A DNA stretch of 35,768 nucleotides from Octopus bimaculoides (Eukaryota): NCBI RefSeq assembly GCF_001194135.2, contig NC_068988.1, positions 39,434,613 through 39,470,380 on the forward strand. Direction: 5' to 3'. Below the pieces are notes generated by a model that saw only the letters and a list, made by a program, of their open reading frames with translations, had not been told where the DNA came from and made no database searches. A program made the position numbers and the translations under genes. Below are positions 1-11,010 of the stretch, one piece after another (within the stretch, counting starts at the first letter, position 1; each line of letters opens with the position of its first letter).

Positions 1-524
1 TATATATATATATATATATATATGTACATATACATACGTATCTGACACATGGGCATGCGTTGCAAAGAATTATAGAGAATATAAGTATCTATATATATGT
101 ATATGCATATCGTCAATAAATACGTTATTGTGTATGAAATCATAAGTTCTAGGACTTGAAACTTCTCTTTATCTACTTCCTCCTGTACCATTTATCATAT
201 TTCCCCATTGGTCATTCCTCCACCCCACTTATCACGTCATTCACCGTAACCTTCTGTTACTAGTACAAATATCACTATTCTGTCAAGTGCTATTTGTATT
301 TTACTATTTTCTGTACAAACATATGGCTTGCGAAGGTCAGTAACATGTTGGGCTACAACCGCAAAAGATCGGTGATTCACATCCTGCTATAAGCCCTAGG
401 TTATGTTGTGTCAAAAGAAAGTTGTTTTCATGCTCAAATGTTAACTTGTTCTCTTGATCCAAGCTAGACTATTTAGTGGTGTACTTTGATCCGACAGAAT
501 CTTGTAAATGCCTCATCTACTGGA

Positions 525-685
525 TCGTCTGAGGTTGTTTAGTGATATAGGCATTGGTTTCCGACCACATATTCCGGGATCAATGCCATTGGGTGGTACC
601 ATCGGCGAATCTGTTCTCCTGTAGCTTCGAGCCAAATCAAGCCTTGTGAGTGGATTTGATAGATGCCAACTGAAAGAAACCCAGT
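525..685 (+). mobile_element. tRNA-derived SINE, family A (CORE-like), degenerate copy
   Basis: gccttgtgagtggatttgatagatgccaactgaaagaaaccc (641-682) matches the 3' part of the copies at 2421-2587 (-) and 35170-35280 (+). Upstream ccgaccacatattccgggatcaatgcc matches the head/B-box region. Confidence 0.7.
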
Positions 686-724
686 AAGGAAGACAAACAC
701 AAGCACTCTCATAATATATACATA

Positions 725-727
<3 letters not shown>

Positions 728-777
<50 letters not shown>

Positions 778-795
778 TACACACACATACACACA
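728..795. repeat. (CA)n microsatellite between two inverted SINE A tails
   Basis: Direct reading. Confidence 0.95.
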
Positions 796-796
796 T

Positions 797-1088
797 GTAT
801 ATACGACGGGTTTCTTCCAGTTTCACTCTACCGAATACACCCATAAGGATTTGGTCAAACCTAAGTCTATAGTTGAAGATTCTCGTCCAACGTGCCACGC
901 AATGAATCTCGACCCGGCTCTATATCCTTTACTACCCAAGACTCAAGACCCGAGATTTTTAGGGAAGGGCGCCAGTCGATTAGATCGACCCAGTACACAG
1001 CTGGTACTTAATTTATCGACCCCGAAAGGGTGAAAGGCAAAGTCGACCTCAGCGGCTAAGCTCTTACCACACAGCCACGCCTGCACCT
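797..1088 (-). mobile_element. SINE family A copy interrupted by a SINE B fragment
   Basis: 797-917 (atacgacgggtttcttccagtttc...cgtgccacgc) and 1056-1088 (ctcttaccacacagccacgcctgcacc) are colinear with the copy at 2421-2587. Unrelated SINE B sequence lies between them. Confidence 0.8.
920..1055 (-). mobile_element. SINE family B, 5'-truncated
   Basis: gccagtcgattagatcgacccagtacacagctggtacttaatttatcgaccccgaaagggtgaaaggcaaagtcgacctc is the reverse complement of the central and tail region of the copy at 11723-11936. Confidence 0.85.
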
Positions 1089-1254
1089 ATACATGACTTT
1101 TACAATATGTTGTTTAATTTATCTAGAAATGCTTTTTCTTTTACTTCCTTCAAAATAATTTGATATGATATGTTGATATTCCGTATATGGTCTTTTTGGA
1201 TTTATATATTTATCTTGTTATATTTGTTGTCATTGAATCATTACACTAGCTTTT

Positions 1255-1260
1255 ATCTAC

Positions 1261-1336
<76 letters not shown>

Positions 1337-1370
1337 TTCTCTCTCTCTCTCTCTCTCTATCCCTCTCCCC

Positions 1371-1402
<32 letters not shown>
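1255..1402. repeat. Compound microsatellite (ATCT)n-(GTCT)n-(CT)n-(AT)n
   Basis: Direct reading; lies just before the N gap. Confidence 0.95.
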
Positions 1403-1410
1403 CTAATATC

Positions 1411-1900
1411 NNNNNNNNNNNNNNNNNNNNNNNNNNNNNNNNNNNNNNNNNNNNNNNNNNNNNNNNNNNNNNNNNNNNNNNNNNNNNNNNNNNNNNNNNN
1501 NNNNNNNNNNNNNNNNNNNNNNNNNNNNNNNNNNNNNNNNNNNNNNNNNNNNNNNNNNNNNNNNNNNNNNNNNNNNNNNNNNNNNNNNNNNNNNNNNNNN
1601 NNNNNNNNNNNNNNNNNNNNNNNNNNNNNNNNNNNNNNNNNNNNNNNNNNNNNNNNNNNNNNNNNNNNNNNNNNNNNNNNNNNNNNNNNNNNNNNNNNNN
1701 NNNNNNNNNNNNNNNNNNNNNNNNNNNNNNNNNNNNNNNNNNNNNNNNNNNNNNNNNNNNNNNNNNNNNNNNNNNNNNNNNNNNNNNNNNNNNNNNNNNN
1801 NNNNNNNNNNNNNNNNNNNNNNNNNNNNNNNNNNNNNNNNNNNNNNNNNNNNNNNNNNNNNNNNNNNNNNNNNNNNNNNNNNNNNNNNNNNNNNNNNNNN
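1411..1900. other. Assembly gap (N-run); other gaps at 13664-14210, 16648-17033, 17473-17482, 18549-19182, 28305-28555
   Basis: Runs of n, nearly all flanked by dinucleotide or other simple repeats. Confidence 1.
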
Positions 1901-2199
1901 NATACACATAATTAAGGAAGTAAATGTACTCATTTTACATAGCTTTAATATATTTTGTAATATCTTTTATACTGTGTTTGTCGATCGGTTTCGCTTTCGC
2001 TAATCATGACATTAAAATTTATTTAAATACGTATTTTTCTTAATAAAAAAATGTCAATGTTGTGTGTGGATCTTATGAATGAATGATTCAACAAGTAGAA
2101 AAATCTAAGGGTAAGTAATCGGTGGTCGTTATTGTGGACAGGGGAGATGATTGTTAATCTTTCGAAGGAGGGTGGTGGAATATATATACACAAAAATTC

Positions 2200-2393
2200 A
2201 AAAAATAGAATGGTGGGAAAAAGTATAATACTGTGATGCGTATGTAATCGTCATTTAAAATATGTAAAGAGATCATGGTTGATTATGCGTGCAAATTTAG
2301 CCGTGTTCTGTATTTTTCGATGAATATTTTTTTTATTTAAACGTTCTTGTATAGAATTTGTATCTTGCACTGGTACAAGGGGAAAACTGTGAA

Positions 2394-2424
<31 letters not shown>

Positions 2425-3530
2425 CGACGGGCTTCTTCCAGTTTCTGTCTGTTAATCCCACTCACAAGGCTTTGGTCTGCCCGGGGCTATAGTAGAAGAC
2501 ACTTGCCCGAGTGTCCACGCATTAGAACTGTACACGGAACCATGTGGTTGTGAAGAAAACGTGTTACCACACAGCTACGCCTGCGCCGGGGTTTAAAATT
2601 TACAGACCGTTCTAATCATATATGCTTTAGATTGATCATTACACTTCTGTGTGCAACAATTAAAGTAATTCCACCTTCAGTATTTCACATAGCTATATCG
2701 ACAAAGAATACTAATTGTAAAGGCCAATGAATCATGCATATATCATAGGAGGGATTAGTAAAATGTTGAACAAATATATTGAATATCATTCTCACACTTC
2801 AAGATGTCTGACTTGCCTATTTTGTACGCTAGCAAAGCAATAGATAGCATAGAAGTTGGCGCTAAGATTCTTACAGGTCGAGTTTGTGATGAGATTTGCA
2901 TTCCTGATTAAAGCCATTTCACTTTATGTAGGCCACGAATGTCCTGGAAAACAGCGTAAAAATATCACTAATTTATTTTTAGCTTTAAATACACTGTAGG
3001 CCTTTTGTGATTACTCAATACAATCTGATAATAGCAAAGTTACAACAAAGAGTTTTGTCTTTTAAATACCTATACCCATTGTGGGGAAAATATTGTTGAA
3101 TTCAGGCCTGTTTTTTTTTGAGAAGAACTATGTGGGTTGGCATTTGGGAAGTAATTCAACCACTTTGAAAGATTTCCTCTTTGACGTGCAATCAAAATAT
3201 ATTATCTCTGACAAGAACAGTGAAGTAATTTTCTGTGACGAAGTCCTCCTCCACAATACAGGAAGCTATCTACCGGCGTTTATTTATTTGGGTTGTAATT
3301 AATTTAGCAATCAATAACCCACGTACAAAATCTTTGAGCATATGGAGAATCTGTTGTATAGCCGTGTGAGTGGAATGGTATTGATTCGTAATCGAATAAT
3401 TTCATTACTAAGATGTTGAAGTAAAATGCAATCAATAAAACGTAGAGATACAGGACCTGTCCAGAAACCTTATTTCTGAACACCATATAGTAATCAAGAT
3501 GGGAGCTATGATGTAGTCGCACAGCCTGCT
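2200..3530 (-). pseudogene. Candidate decayed TLR-like gene segment (LRR/LRR-CT, TM, TIR), split by a SINE
   Basis: Manual translation through stops and frameshifts gives KITSLFLSE (LRR-like), TCKNLSA/TSMLSIALLAYKIGK (TM end), YDICMIH...FFVDIAM*NTEGGITLIVAHRSVM (TIR box1/box2-like) and INHDLFTYFK*RLHT (TIR C-terminal-like). Confidence 0.3.
2421..2587 (-). mobile_element. tRNA-derived SINE family A, near full length
   Basis: The reverse complement has a tRNA-like head (ggcgcaggcgtagctgtgtggtaac...), a CORE-like gggcaagtgtcttctactatagccccggg, and a tail ...gaagaagcccgtcg running into (TA)n. Confidence 0.85.
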
Positions 3531-4439
3531 AAAAATAGCAATCACACCTCCCTCAGATGACCTCGCTTCAAAAAGGAGAACAGCTCTCATTAGTCATAAG
3601 CGTGATATTGTCATAGAAGAGCAAAAAAATACGTAATGTAGTTCTCTCTCCCACCCAAAAGAAGAAGGGATAGTCAAAGCTGGGGTGTTTTCTTGTTCAA
3701 AGCAAATCAACAAAATACAGACGACTTTAGTGTTGACCAAGCAAGAATGGTTTTTATGTTCCAAACATCCCACTTCACAACACATTGACTTACAAAGTAT
3801 TTCATTTACTCAGTTACTCTCTCTTTTGAATTACGCACACGCTTTCTCCAGTGATTATATTACTCTCTCCTTCTATACGCGCACACTCACTGAAGATCTT
3901 GTTTACTTAGCAAATCACTTGACATGCTCCTCATTCAGTTTTTCCTTTACCATTTTCTCTCTCTCACCCCCACAAACACACATATATACTCCTCTCACAC
4001 CAGTTCAATCATTCATTGTTCCATTGAGCCATTCAGTTAGGTATCCATCAAAATATCTTTTTGGCCACTGTGATGTCTATTTAGAGATAGAGTAGAAATA
4101 AGCATTATTGATAGGTGTAATGCATTTATTGTTACATGAATACTGCTTTAAGTGGCCCTGCCTTAACCATGTATCCTTTTCTTAATGACTTGAAGAAAAT
4201 GATAAACTCAAATCCTTAGCAGCAGAGAGACAAAGGAGAAATAAACATGCTTAAGATACACAAAACAATTGTTTGCTATTTTGCCAGTATTGCCATGGAT
4301 CCTTACCGCCTTAATAAAAATGTACTCCTATCGGAGACCATCCCCTTCCAGTTCTGATCGGAACCGATTTCTTCCAGTCAGAGTAAAAGACAGACATGAT
4401 ATGAGTAAGAGGACAATCAACCTCAGTACAAAACTAGTA

Positions 4440-5679
4440 CGAGGTACATTCCAGAGCCTTAGAGATATTTGAAAGAGAGAATTTCAAACAAAGACAAAAT
4501 TCTAATCGCTCCAAGGTTGGATTCTATGACTTCAGCACACTTGCTGCAGCTTTACAGCCACGTCATGAAGACCCTATGGAGTTTCTCCAAAGTAAGAGTG
4601 TTCTGAACACCTGTTACAGCCTGCATAATCTTAATTCATCTCAATATCTTGAAAACAACTACCCCCAAGGTTCTCTATCAGCTTAGAGAATGATCAAAAG
4701 TCATAAGGAGTAAGGTTAGGCCTGAGGAGAGGATGAAGAACAGTTTTGATGTCCATCTCTGTCAGGTAGTTGGTTACCAGGATGGAAATGTATTCGGTGC
4801 ATTGCAGATACCACCGACACCAATGGAAGGACTTTGGCCTTTTGTGAACAAATGTCTTTGCTATAGAGTACTCTTTGCAACCGTCTGGCCAGAGAAAATC
4901 CATTATGTGTAGAGGAAGTGTTTGCTGTCAAAAAGGATATCATCACGAGTTACTCGGTGGATTTTCTTTGCATGACCCTCTTGGATCCTGGTCTATGGAC
5001 CATAACAGTAGAACCAGCTTTCGTCACACGTCATCAGACATTCGAGTATCTTAGATTGGAGGTAATGAGCTCAACCATCTGTCACCAACGCGTCTTTCCT
5101 TCTGTTCGTGACTGAGCACCGTGTTAACAAACTTTGTACAAATTTTACACATGTTCAGGCCTTCATGAATACGTTTCTGTACAGTTGTCACACCAACTCC
5201 AAACTATGCTTATTGTCATTATAGCCACACGACAGTCTTCATTCAGAAAGATAGTAAATTTTCTCAACCAGCTTTGATGTTGCGAGATACTTCTCCCTCC
5301 CTCACGTCTCTTCTTATTCCTCAACCTCTCTACTATCCTCTAACCTCAGATGCTTGGTTGACACAGGTTAATCCATAAGCAGTTTAGAACATTTCATAAG
5401 TTTCTGCCGCATTTGTGTCCAGTTAATTCTAAGCTTTATTGCATAGTGAACTTCCAAATTGTCTTCATGTCCTGAATGCATTCTGTAAACTAGCCAGCTG
5501 TGACAAGCAGTGTTTAGTAGGGTGTGTTCAAAGTGCTCTTACGACGTCTACTTTAGTCTGGAATAACAAAAGTTGCCAGATCAGCTTATGTATATTAATG
5601 ATATTTTAAATTACAATTATCTAGACAGCTGTAACTGCCTCTCTTAAAAAAGGTCTCAAGACCTCTGGAGTGCACTTCG
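4440..5679 (-). mobile_element. mariner-family (DD34D-type) DNA transposon, full length but decayed
   Basis: Translation gives TCDESWFYCYGP and ILVTNYLTEMDIKTVLHPLLRPNLTPYDF, equivalent to the HPPYSPDLAPxDF motif. Imperfect TIRs are cgaggtacattccagagccttagaga (4440-) and tctcaagacctctggagtgcacttcg (-5679), 19/26 matches, flanked by TA (4438-4439) and CA. Length is about 1.24 kb. Confidence 0.88.
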
Positions 5680-5719
5680 CACTTTAATTCTGAACCCCAA
5701 GATTACGAATGCAAAGATT

Positions 5720-5813
5720 ACTGTGGTGGGATTTGAACTCATGGCGCAAATATGCGGAAAGATTACCACAAAGTAATGTAACCGACACTCTAACGACTCT
5801 GCAAATTGGCCGC
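5720..5813 (-). mobile_element. SINE family B head fragment, degenerate
   Basis: ggatttgaactc...ctaacgactctgcaaattggccgc resembles the reverse complement of the head at 11472-11560. Confidence 0.55.
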
Positions 5814-5894
5814 TTCGTCTACTTCCATTGTTTCGAATGGTACAGAATTCATTAAAAAATGTCTACAATTTGTGCTGACTGACAAGAAGAGAAT

Positions 5895-6244
5895 TTTATT
5901 TCCTCACTAAAAAGGGGTATAGACTCTCTGTGGTCATGAATGGCCATGGGATTGCACCTAGAAAGTTACCCTCCGAGACACAAGTCCTGGCAAAGTTGTT
6001 ATGGAAGACCAGCAGTCGCCCATGCATACCGGCCTTCCATATCCACACCACCGATGTTATCCAAGGGAAAGGCAAAGGCTGAAAAAGCTTGGTAGCAGTA
6101 ATGTCGCAACTCATTTCAACAGCTAAGTGAACCGGAGAACCGTGAAATAAAGTATTTTGCTCAAGAGCACAACGTACAGCTCGGTTCAGAAATCGAACTC
6201 ACTACCTCATGATTAACAGCCTGATACTCTAACCACTGAGCCAT
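5895..6244 (-). mobile_element. tRNA-derived SINE family C
   Basis: The reverse complement starts catggctcagtggttagag (A box)...gagttcgatttc (B box), then tgtgctcttgagcaaaatacttt. It is homologous to 21375-21660. Confidence 0.8.
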
Positions 6245-6249
6245 GTTTA

Positions 6250-6953
6250 TCATTTACCAAGACATCTTGCAAAGCAACACCAATATGATGTAACTCACTA
6301 TAGTTTTTATTTACATCAAGAGTACTGTGCTTGTTAGAATTAATAAGTCCCTCTTGGATATGGATTGCACTGCGCTTGTTCCCCTCCACCCATCAGCAAC
6401 CATGTACACTTGGCTAGATGCGAAATAAATATGCAGTGAATGTAAAGATAACTACTGAGTTGATGGTGTCAAACATTTTGTAAGTTAGAATGATATAATA
6501 AAGTCAGATTGAAATCCAATCTGTATTTTACTGATGAGGGATATGTAATGCGTCTTGCATTTTGACGCATTATACTACTTGTGAGATTTCAGCCATGCAA
6601 CCATCTACGGTTTTTAAATGCTACATTTTTGCGACTAGGCTGATATTGCAATACTTGCAGATACTTGTGTGTCAGAGAAGTTTCATAATTACCACTAGGA
6701 ATTAATTACACATTATTCCAAATGTTAAATTAGAGAAGTTGTATCATATGTCGTAATTTTCTTCATTAAAATGAGATTCCCCACCTAGGTTGAGTAAAAG
6801 GTTTACGTAGTGGAGACTTCATTATAAATTATTAAAGAGCAGTGCTGGGAGTAGATAATATATTTGTGTTTATATGTGGTTGTGTTGTCTTTTCTATATG
6901 CGTGTGCATATACTCACTTTTTCAATGTGAGTGCTTCGTATTTATATCTACGT

Positions 6954-7045
<92 letters not shown>

Positions 7046-7550
7046 GCACACACACAAACACACACACAGAGTCACACTTACGCATACACATGAAACGAAC
7101 ATCAAATATATACAAATATCTCTAATATTCAAATACCAACCTTACTTCTTATTCTCTTCGTCTATCTGTCTCATGTATATATACATATATATATATATAT
7201 GCATGTATGCATGTATTTTAAAGGTTAGACATTTCCAGAATAGAAATAGACTAAATCCTGTACTTCATCTCTGCATCAGTTGAACCGCATTTCACTTTAC
7301 ATATTATAGAAATCTGTATACAGTAAATTTAAACAAAATCGGCTATAACGACTCTTAATAACCATTGTTCCTCTATGAATATCTTACATTACCATATCAT
7401 TAGGATCTCGTTAATTGCAAACGCTTCAAATGCTAATTAAATATTTTCGCCCCAAATACAGAATGCTATTCTTTCTAATCATTTGAAATAAAAACATCTA
7501 TGCTGTGAGGCATCGACAATCCAAGAGTGTTGCCGGCAGTGACATTGATT
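6250..7550 (-). pseudogene. Candidate LRR-encoding relic (possibly upstream part of the 2200-3530 gene)
   Basis: Manual translation: SLPATLLDCRCLTA*MFLFQMIRKNSILYL, TNILSTPSTAL, LLLNLGGE, VAFKNRRWLHG*NLTSS. Interrupted by (CA)n. Confidence 0.22.
6957..7068. repeat. (CA)n microsatellite
   Basis: Direct reading. Confidence 0.97.
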
Positions 7551-7561
7551 ACGCATTAATT

Positions 7562-7563
<2 letters not shown>

Positions 7564-7617
<54 letters not shown>

Positions 7618-7685
7618 TTCTTCTTCTTCTTCTTCTTCTTCTTCTTCTTCTTCTTCTTCTTCTTCTTCTTCTTCTTCTTCTTCTT

Positions 7686-7746
<61 letters not shown>
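7564..7746. repeat. Compound (ATT)n-(CTT)n-(ATT)n microsatellite at the 3' end of a Dong/R4 LINE
   Basis: Direct reading. Confidence 0.97.
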
Positions 7747-7747
<1 letters not shown>

Positions 7748-9420
7748 CTCTTTATCACAGGTTTTGTTGGAGCTCCTGGAGTCTTGCATGTGTAGTGGGC
7801 TTACTACCTCCCGCCTACGGTACCATGCTATTCGTTCTTTTCACCTATCTAATACTTTCCTGATTATTCTGTCCGTGCTAAGGCGGCAAACCTTTTGTAA
7901 CAGTTCTACTGAGCACTCAATTCCAATTTCCTTGATATTCCTCTTGATGCTTTCTAATGCTGTTTCCAAAGACCCAAAAATAATTGGCACTATCTTCACC
8001 TTCTTCATTTTCCATAGCCGGGTTATTTCGTACTTAAGAGGATTGTTTTTATCTATCTTTCCGCCTTCTTTCTTGACTATTCGTGGGTCAAAGGACCATG
8101 CAACATCAACTATATAACATATGCGGTGAACCTTGTTCACCACCACTAGTAGGTCGGGTCTGTTATACTCTAGCACCATATCTGTTTGGATTGGGAAATC
8201 TCAGAAGATTTTGCTACTCTCCGACTTCACCACTCTCTGCGGTTTGTGCTCTTACCACGTCTTGCCTCTCTATAGTCCCCATTTTTCGCACTGCTTCCAA
8301 TGTAGCACTTCGCAACCTGGTGGTGTCACCAAAACGGGTAGTGGTTTTGGGCAAGTTTAAGGCATTCGTTCGTGAAATAGGCAATGGTTCCATCCACTTT
8401 ATTGAAGATGTGACACAGCGGAGACACTTGCTCATTCCTAAGGCTGACCCTCCAGTTCGTGGCCAGAGCTTGGTCCTGCGCTGCCAGTATAGTGCTCCCG
8501 GCGTCTTTTCTTAGAGCTCATTGTGCGGTACCATGTCATATATTTTTCTGTAATCCAACAATGCTACATTCACTCCCATCAATCTGCGTCTACAATTTCT
8601 AATTATCATTTTATCAAATTATAACTGGTCTTTAGTTGCCCTACTTTACTTCCATGTTCTACTTGTATCATGTTATGTCAACTACAACATTAGTAGCAGC
8701 TTTGATTAGCTACTTTGCTTCGCTAATGTTCTCTGTCTTAACCAAGCTCCAAACGCCATATACTTTATCTGTGGATCTTCTTACATTCTCTCTGTGCATA
8801 TACCTTACATTTGGTGTTACTTCATTGTTCCCGTCACACATTTTATCGCGCAGCGTTTCTAAAATCTCCTTCTCTTCAACATTCAAGTCTTGTGCAACAT
8901 TTACTGTCACTTGTCCAGCTAGATCATTTTCCTTATACACTCCATCACCAAACTCATGATGATTTCCTTCTTTTCCATTTTCTTCGCCTCTTGCTCCTTC
9001 ATTACCACCTTTCTACTACTGTTGTTCCACACTCTTCCTGTTCATTGTTTATTCTTCTCTGAATTTCTTCAACCTCTTATTCAGTAATTCAATCATTTAT
9101 ACGAATTGCCATTGCCTGGACTATCAATCGTTGGGAGGAAGCTTCAAAGACATTTCTTTATTCCATATTCTCTTCATTCGTTTCATGGAACGCCTTTTCT
9201 TTTGGTTCGCTTCTCAGCCAACATTCAATCACAATATTATTTACCTCTTTTTCTCACTTCATTTTTCCGCCCCTGCACTTTTGACTTCGATTCTCGTCCT
9301 AATCATTGGCTTGATGACGACCTGCTGGTCCACAACATCTTCCCTGTTAACAGTTCCGGTTTCCTGAATGAGGTTATGTTTATTACTTGAATTTGACATG
9401 ACTCATTTTTAAGTAGCATT
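7747..9420 (-). mobile_element. Dong/R4-clade non-LTR retrotransposon with large internal deletions
   Basis: ORF 7841-8179 encodes a restriction-like endonuclease (NRPDLL..IVDVA..FD..K..K..LK..LQKVCRL..RIIRKVLD). Upstream frames give ILAAQDQALATNW plus a decayed CCHC finger, an RT motif (TKDQL*FDKM..DYRKIYDMVPH) and N-terminal QRLIVQAMAIR..EVEEIQRRI. The 3' end abuts (TAA)n. Confidence 0.88.
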
Positions 9421-10060
9421 TATAAGGTTGTGCAATCACCAGTACGGTTATCGTGACATCATCAGTAGGTAGGTTGCAAACTCAGGTTCAAAGAGTACAC
9501 ACCTACTCTCATATACACTGTGTTGGATGGGCGTTGACATGGGTGACAAAGGAGACACCAGTGACCTGGCTATAGTGTGTGTATGTGTGTGTGTGTGTGT
9601 GTGTGTGTACAAATGTGTTTGAATATGTGAGGATAATGTGTGCGTGTGTATATGTGTGTATGGGCGAGAGAGTGTCTATGTGTGTGTATACACAAACACG
9701 CATGTGACTATGAAGATTTTGTGAGCGTGTGGATTCGTATGTGTGGGAGCGCATGTGTGTATGTGTGTGAGGGAAGGGCCGAGGAATGTAGGAGGTGCTT
9801 TGTGGTGTTAAAGCGTGTGGAGGTGAGTTTAGATGAAGAGGGGTGAAGAATTGAAAGCATGACGGACTGAGGAATGGGAAGAGAAAGAATAATCCCTGCT
9901 CTCGACAGAGGCGAGAGTCTGGGTACCCTCTGTACAAGGCCAGGCCAAACATAAACAGTGTTGCAAGGAGTAACCGGTTGATCCCTGTCTTACCATCCAT
10001 GCAGGAAGTGCAAAAGATTGTCTTAAGTGGTACGTCACACGTATTGAGAAGAACATTATC

Positions 10061-10285
10061 GCTGTGAATTTTCTTTCCCTTTTCCCCTTCATTTTCTTTG
10101 CTTACTTTTTATTTTTTCTCTGTCTTTCTTCGCAGTTTTCTCCATCACATGACTTTGTAAGTGGACAAGTTGGTGTGTTTATTTTAACGGCCTACCATTG
10201 TATACAGTGCGTTTCTCTGCCCTAGGTGTCAGGAAGACACTCGGCAATAAATGAAAACAGAATTGAAAGAATATGATAATGAAAA

Positions 10286-10335
<50 letters not shown>

Positions 10336-10484
10336 ATAATAATAATAAGCATTGTTGCTGTGAATTTTCTTTCCTTTCCTCCCTTTTTTTATTTGTTCAC
10401 TTTTCTATTTTTTTATTCTCTCCCTTTTCTCTATCACATTCTAGACACTCGGCAAGAAATGGAAACAGAATTGAAAGAAGATGC

Positions 10485-10552
<68 letters not shown>
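10061..10552 (+). repeat. Degenerate tandem duplication ending in trinucleotide tracts
   Basis: gctgtgaattttctttcc occurs at about 10062 and 10357. gacactcggcaa-aaatg-aaacagaattgaaagaa occurs at about 10235 and 10444. These are followed by (ACT)n(AAT)n and (AAT)n respectively. Confidence 0.75.
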
Positions 10553-10554
<2 letters not shown>

Positions 10555-10569
10555 CAACCATCTAAACCA

Positions 10570-11010
10570 GCAATCTCGTATGATGGTTGTTACTACCTGA
10601 CTATAATATTTATTCTAACTTTTATAGAATCTGTACGGACTGATTTCAATGCATCAGTGACATCTGAGATATATCTATAGCATGTGTTTTTGGTAAACAA
10701 CCGCAAACAGTTGCTTTCATCACAGAGGACATAGCATCTGAGATATATAAACTTCATAAACTACATCTAACATAGAGATAAGGATGTAATGAAAAATAGC
10801 AATATCAAAAAAGTAAAGCTATAAATTACCATAAAAACAAACCAAAATAAATAAATAAAATAAAATAAAAGGAAAGCGTTTCTTACATAGGGTCGTCATT
10901 AAACTAAGAACAATTTTCAAAAAAGTCTTATTTTATATTAGAAAATTATTTTTCGTTACTTAACTGGTTTGTCATGGAGCTCTTATTAAACAGCTGAGAG
11001 CACTTATTTA
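10570..11010 (+). pseudogene. Candidate TIR-domain relic, paralog of 23960-24450
   Basis: Across frames: SYDGCYY / RICTD*FQCISDI*DISIACV / KQPQTVAFITEDIASEIY / FLHRVVIKL...LIKQLRALI, following the TIR motif order. There is clear nucleotide homology to 23960-24450. Confidence 0.4.

Noticed and set aside
3560-4430. Possible RTE RT fragments on the minus strand
   Set aside because: Only vague motif resemblance, not enough to annotate.
6170-6244. tRNA-like sequence (also 21590-21660 and the SINE A/B heads)
   Set aside because: A and B boxes are present, but each continues into a shared SINE body with no acceptor stem. These are SINE heads, not tRNA genes.
6531-6537. CTGATGA heptamers at 6531, 14561 and 30636 as hammerhead cores
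   Set aside because: None has a properly spaced stem II plus GAAA; the 7-mer is expected by chance in AT-rich DNA.
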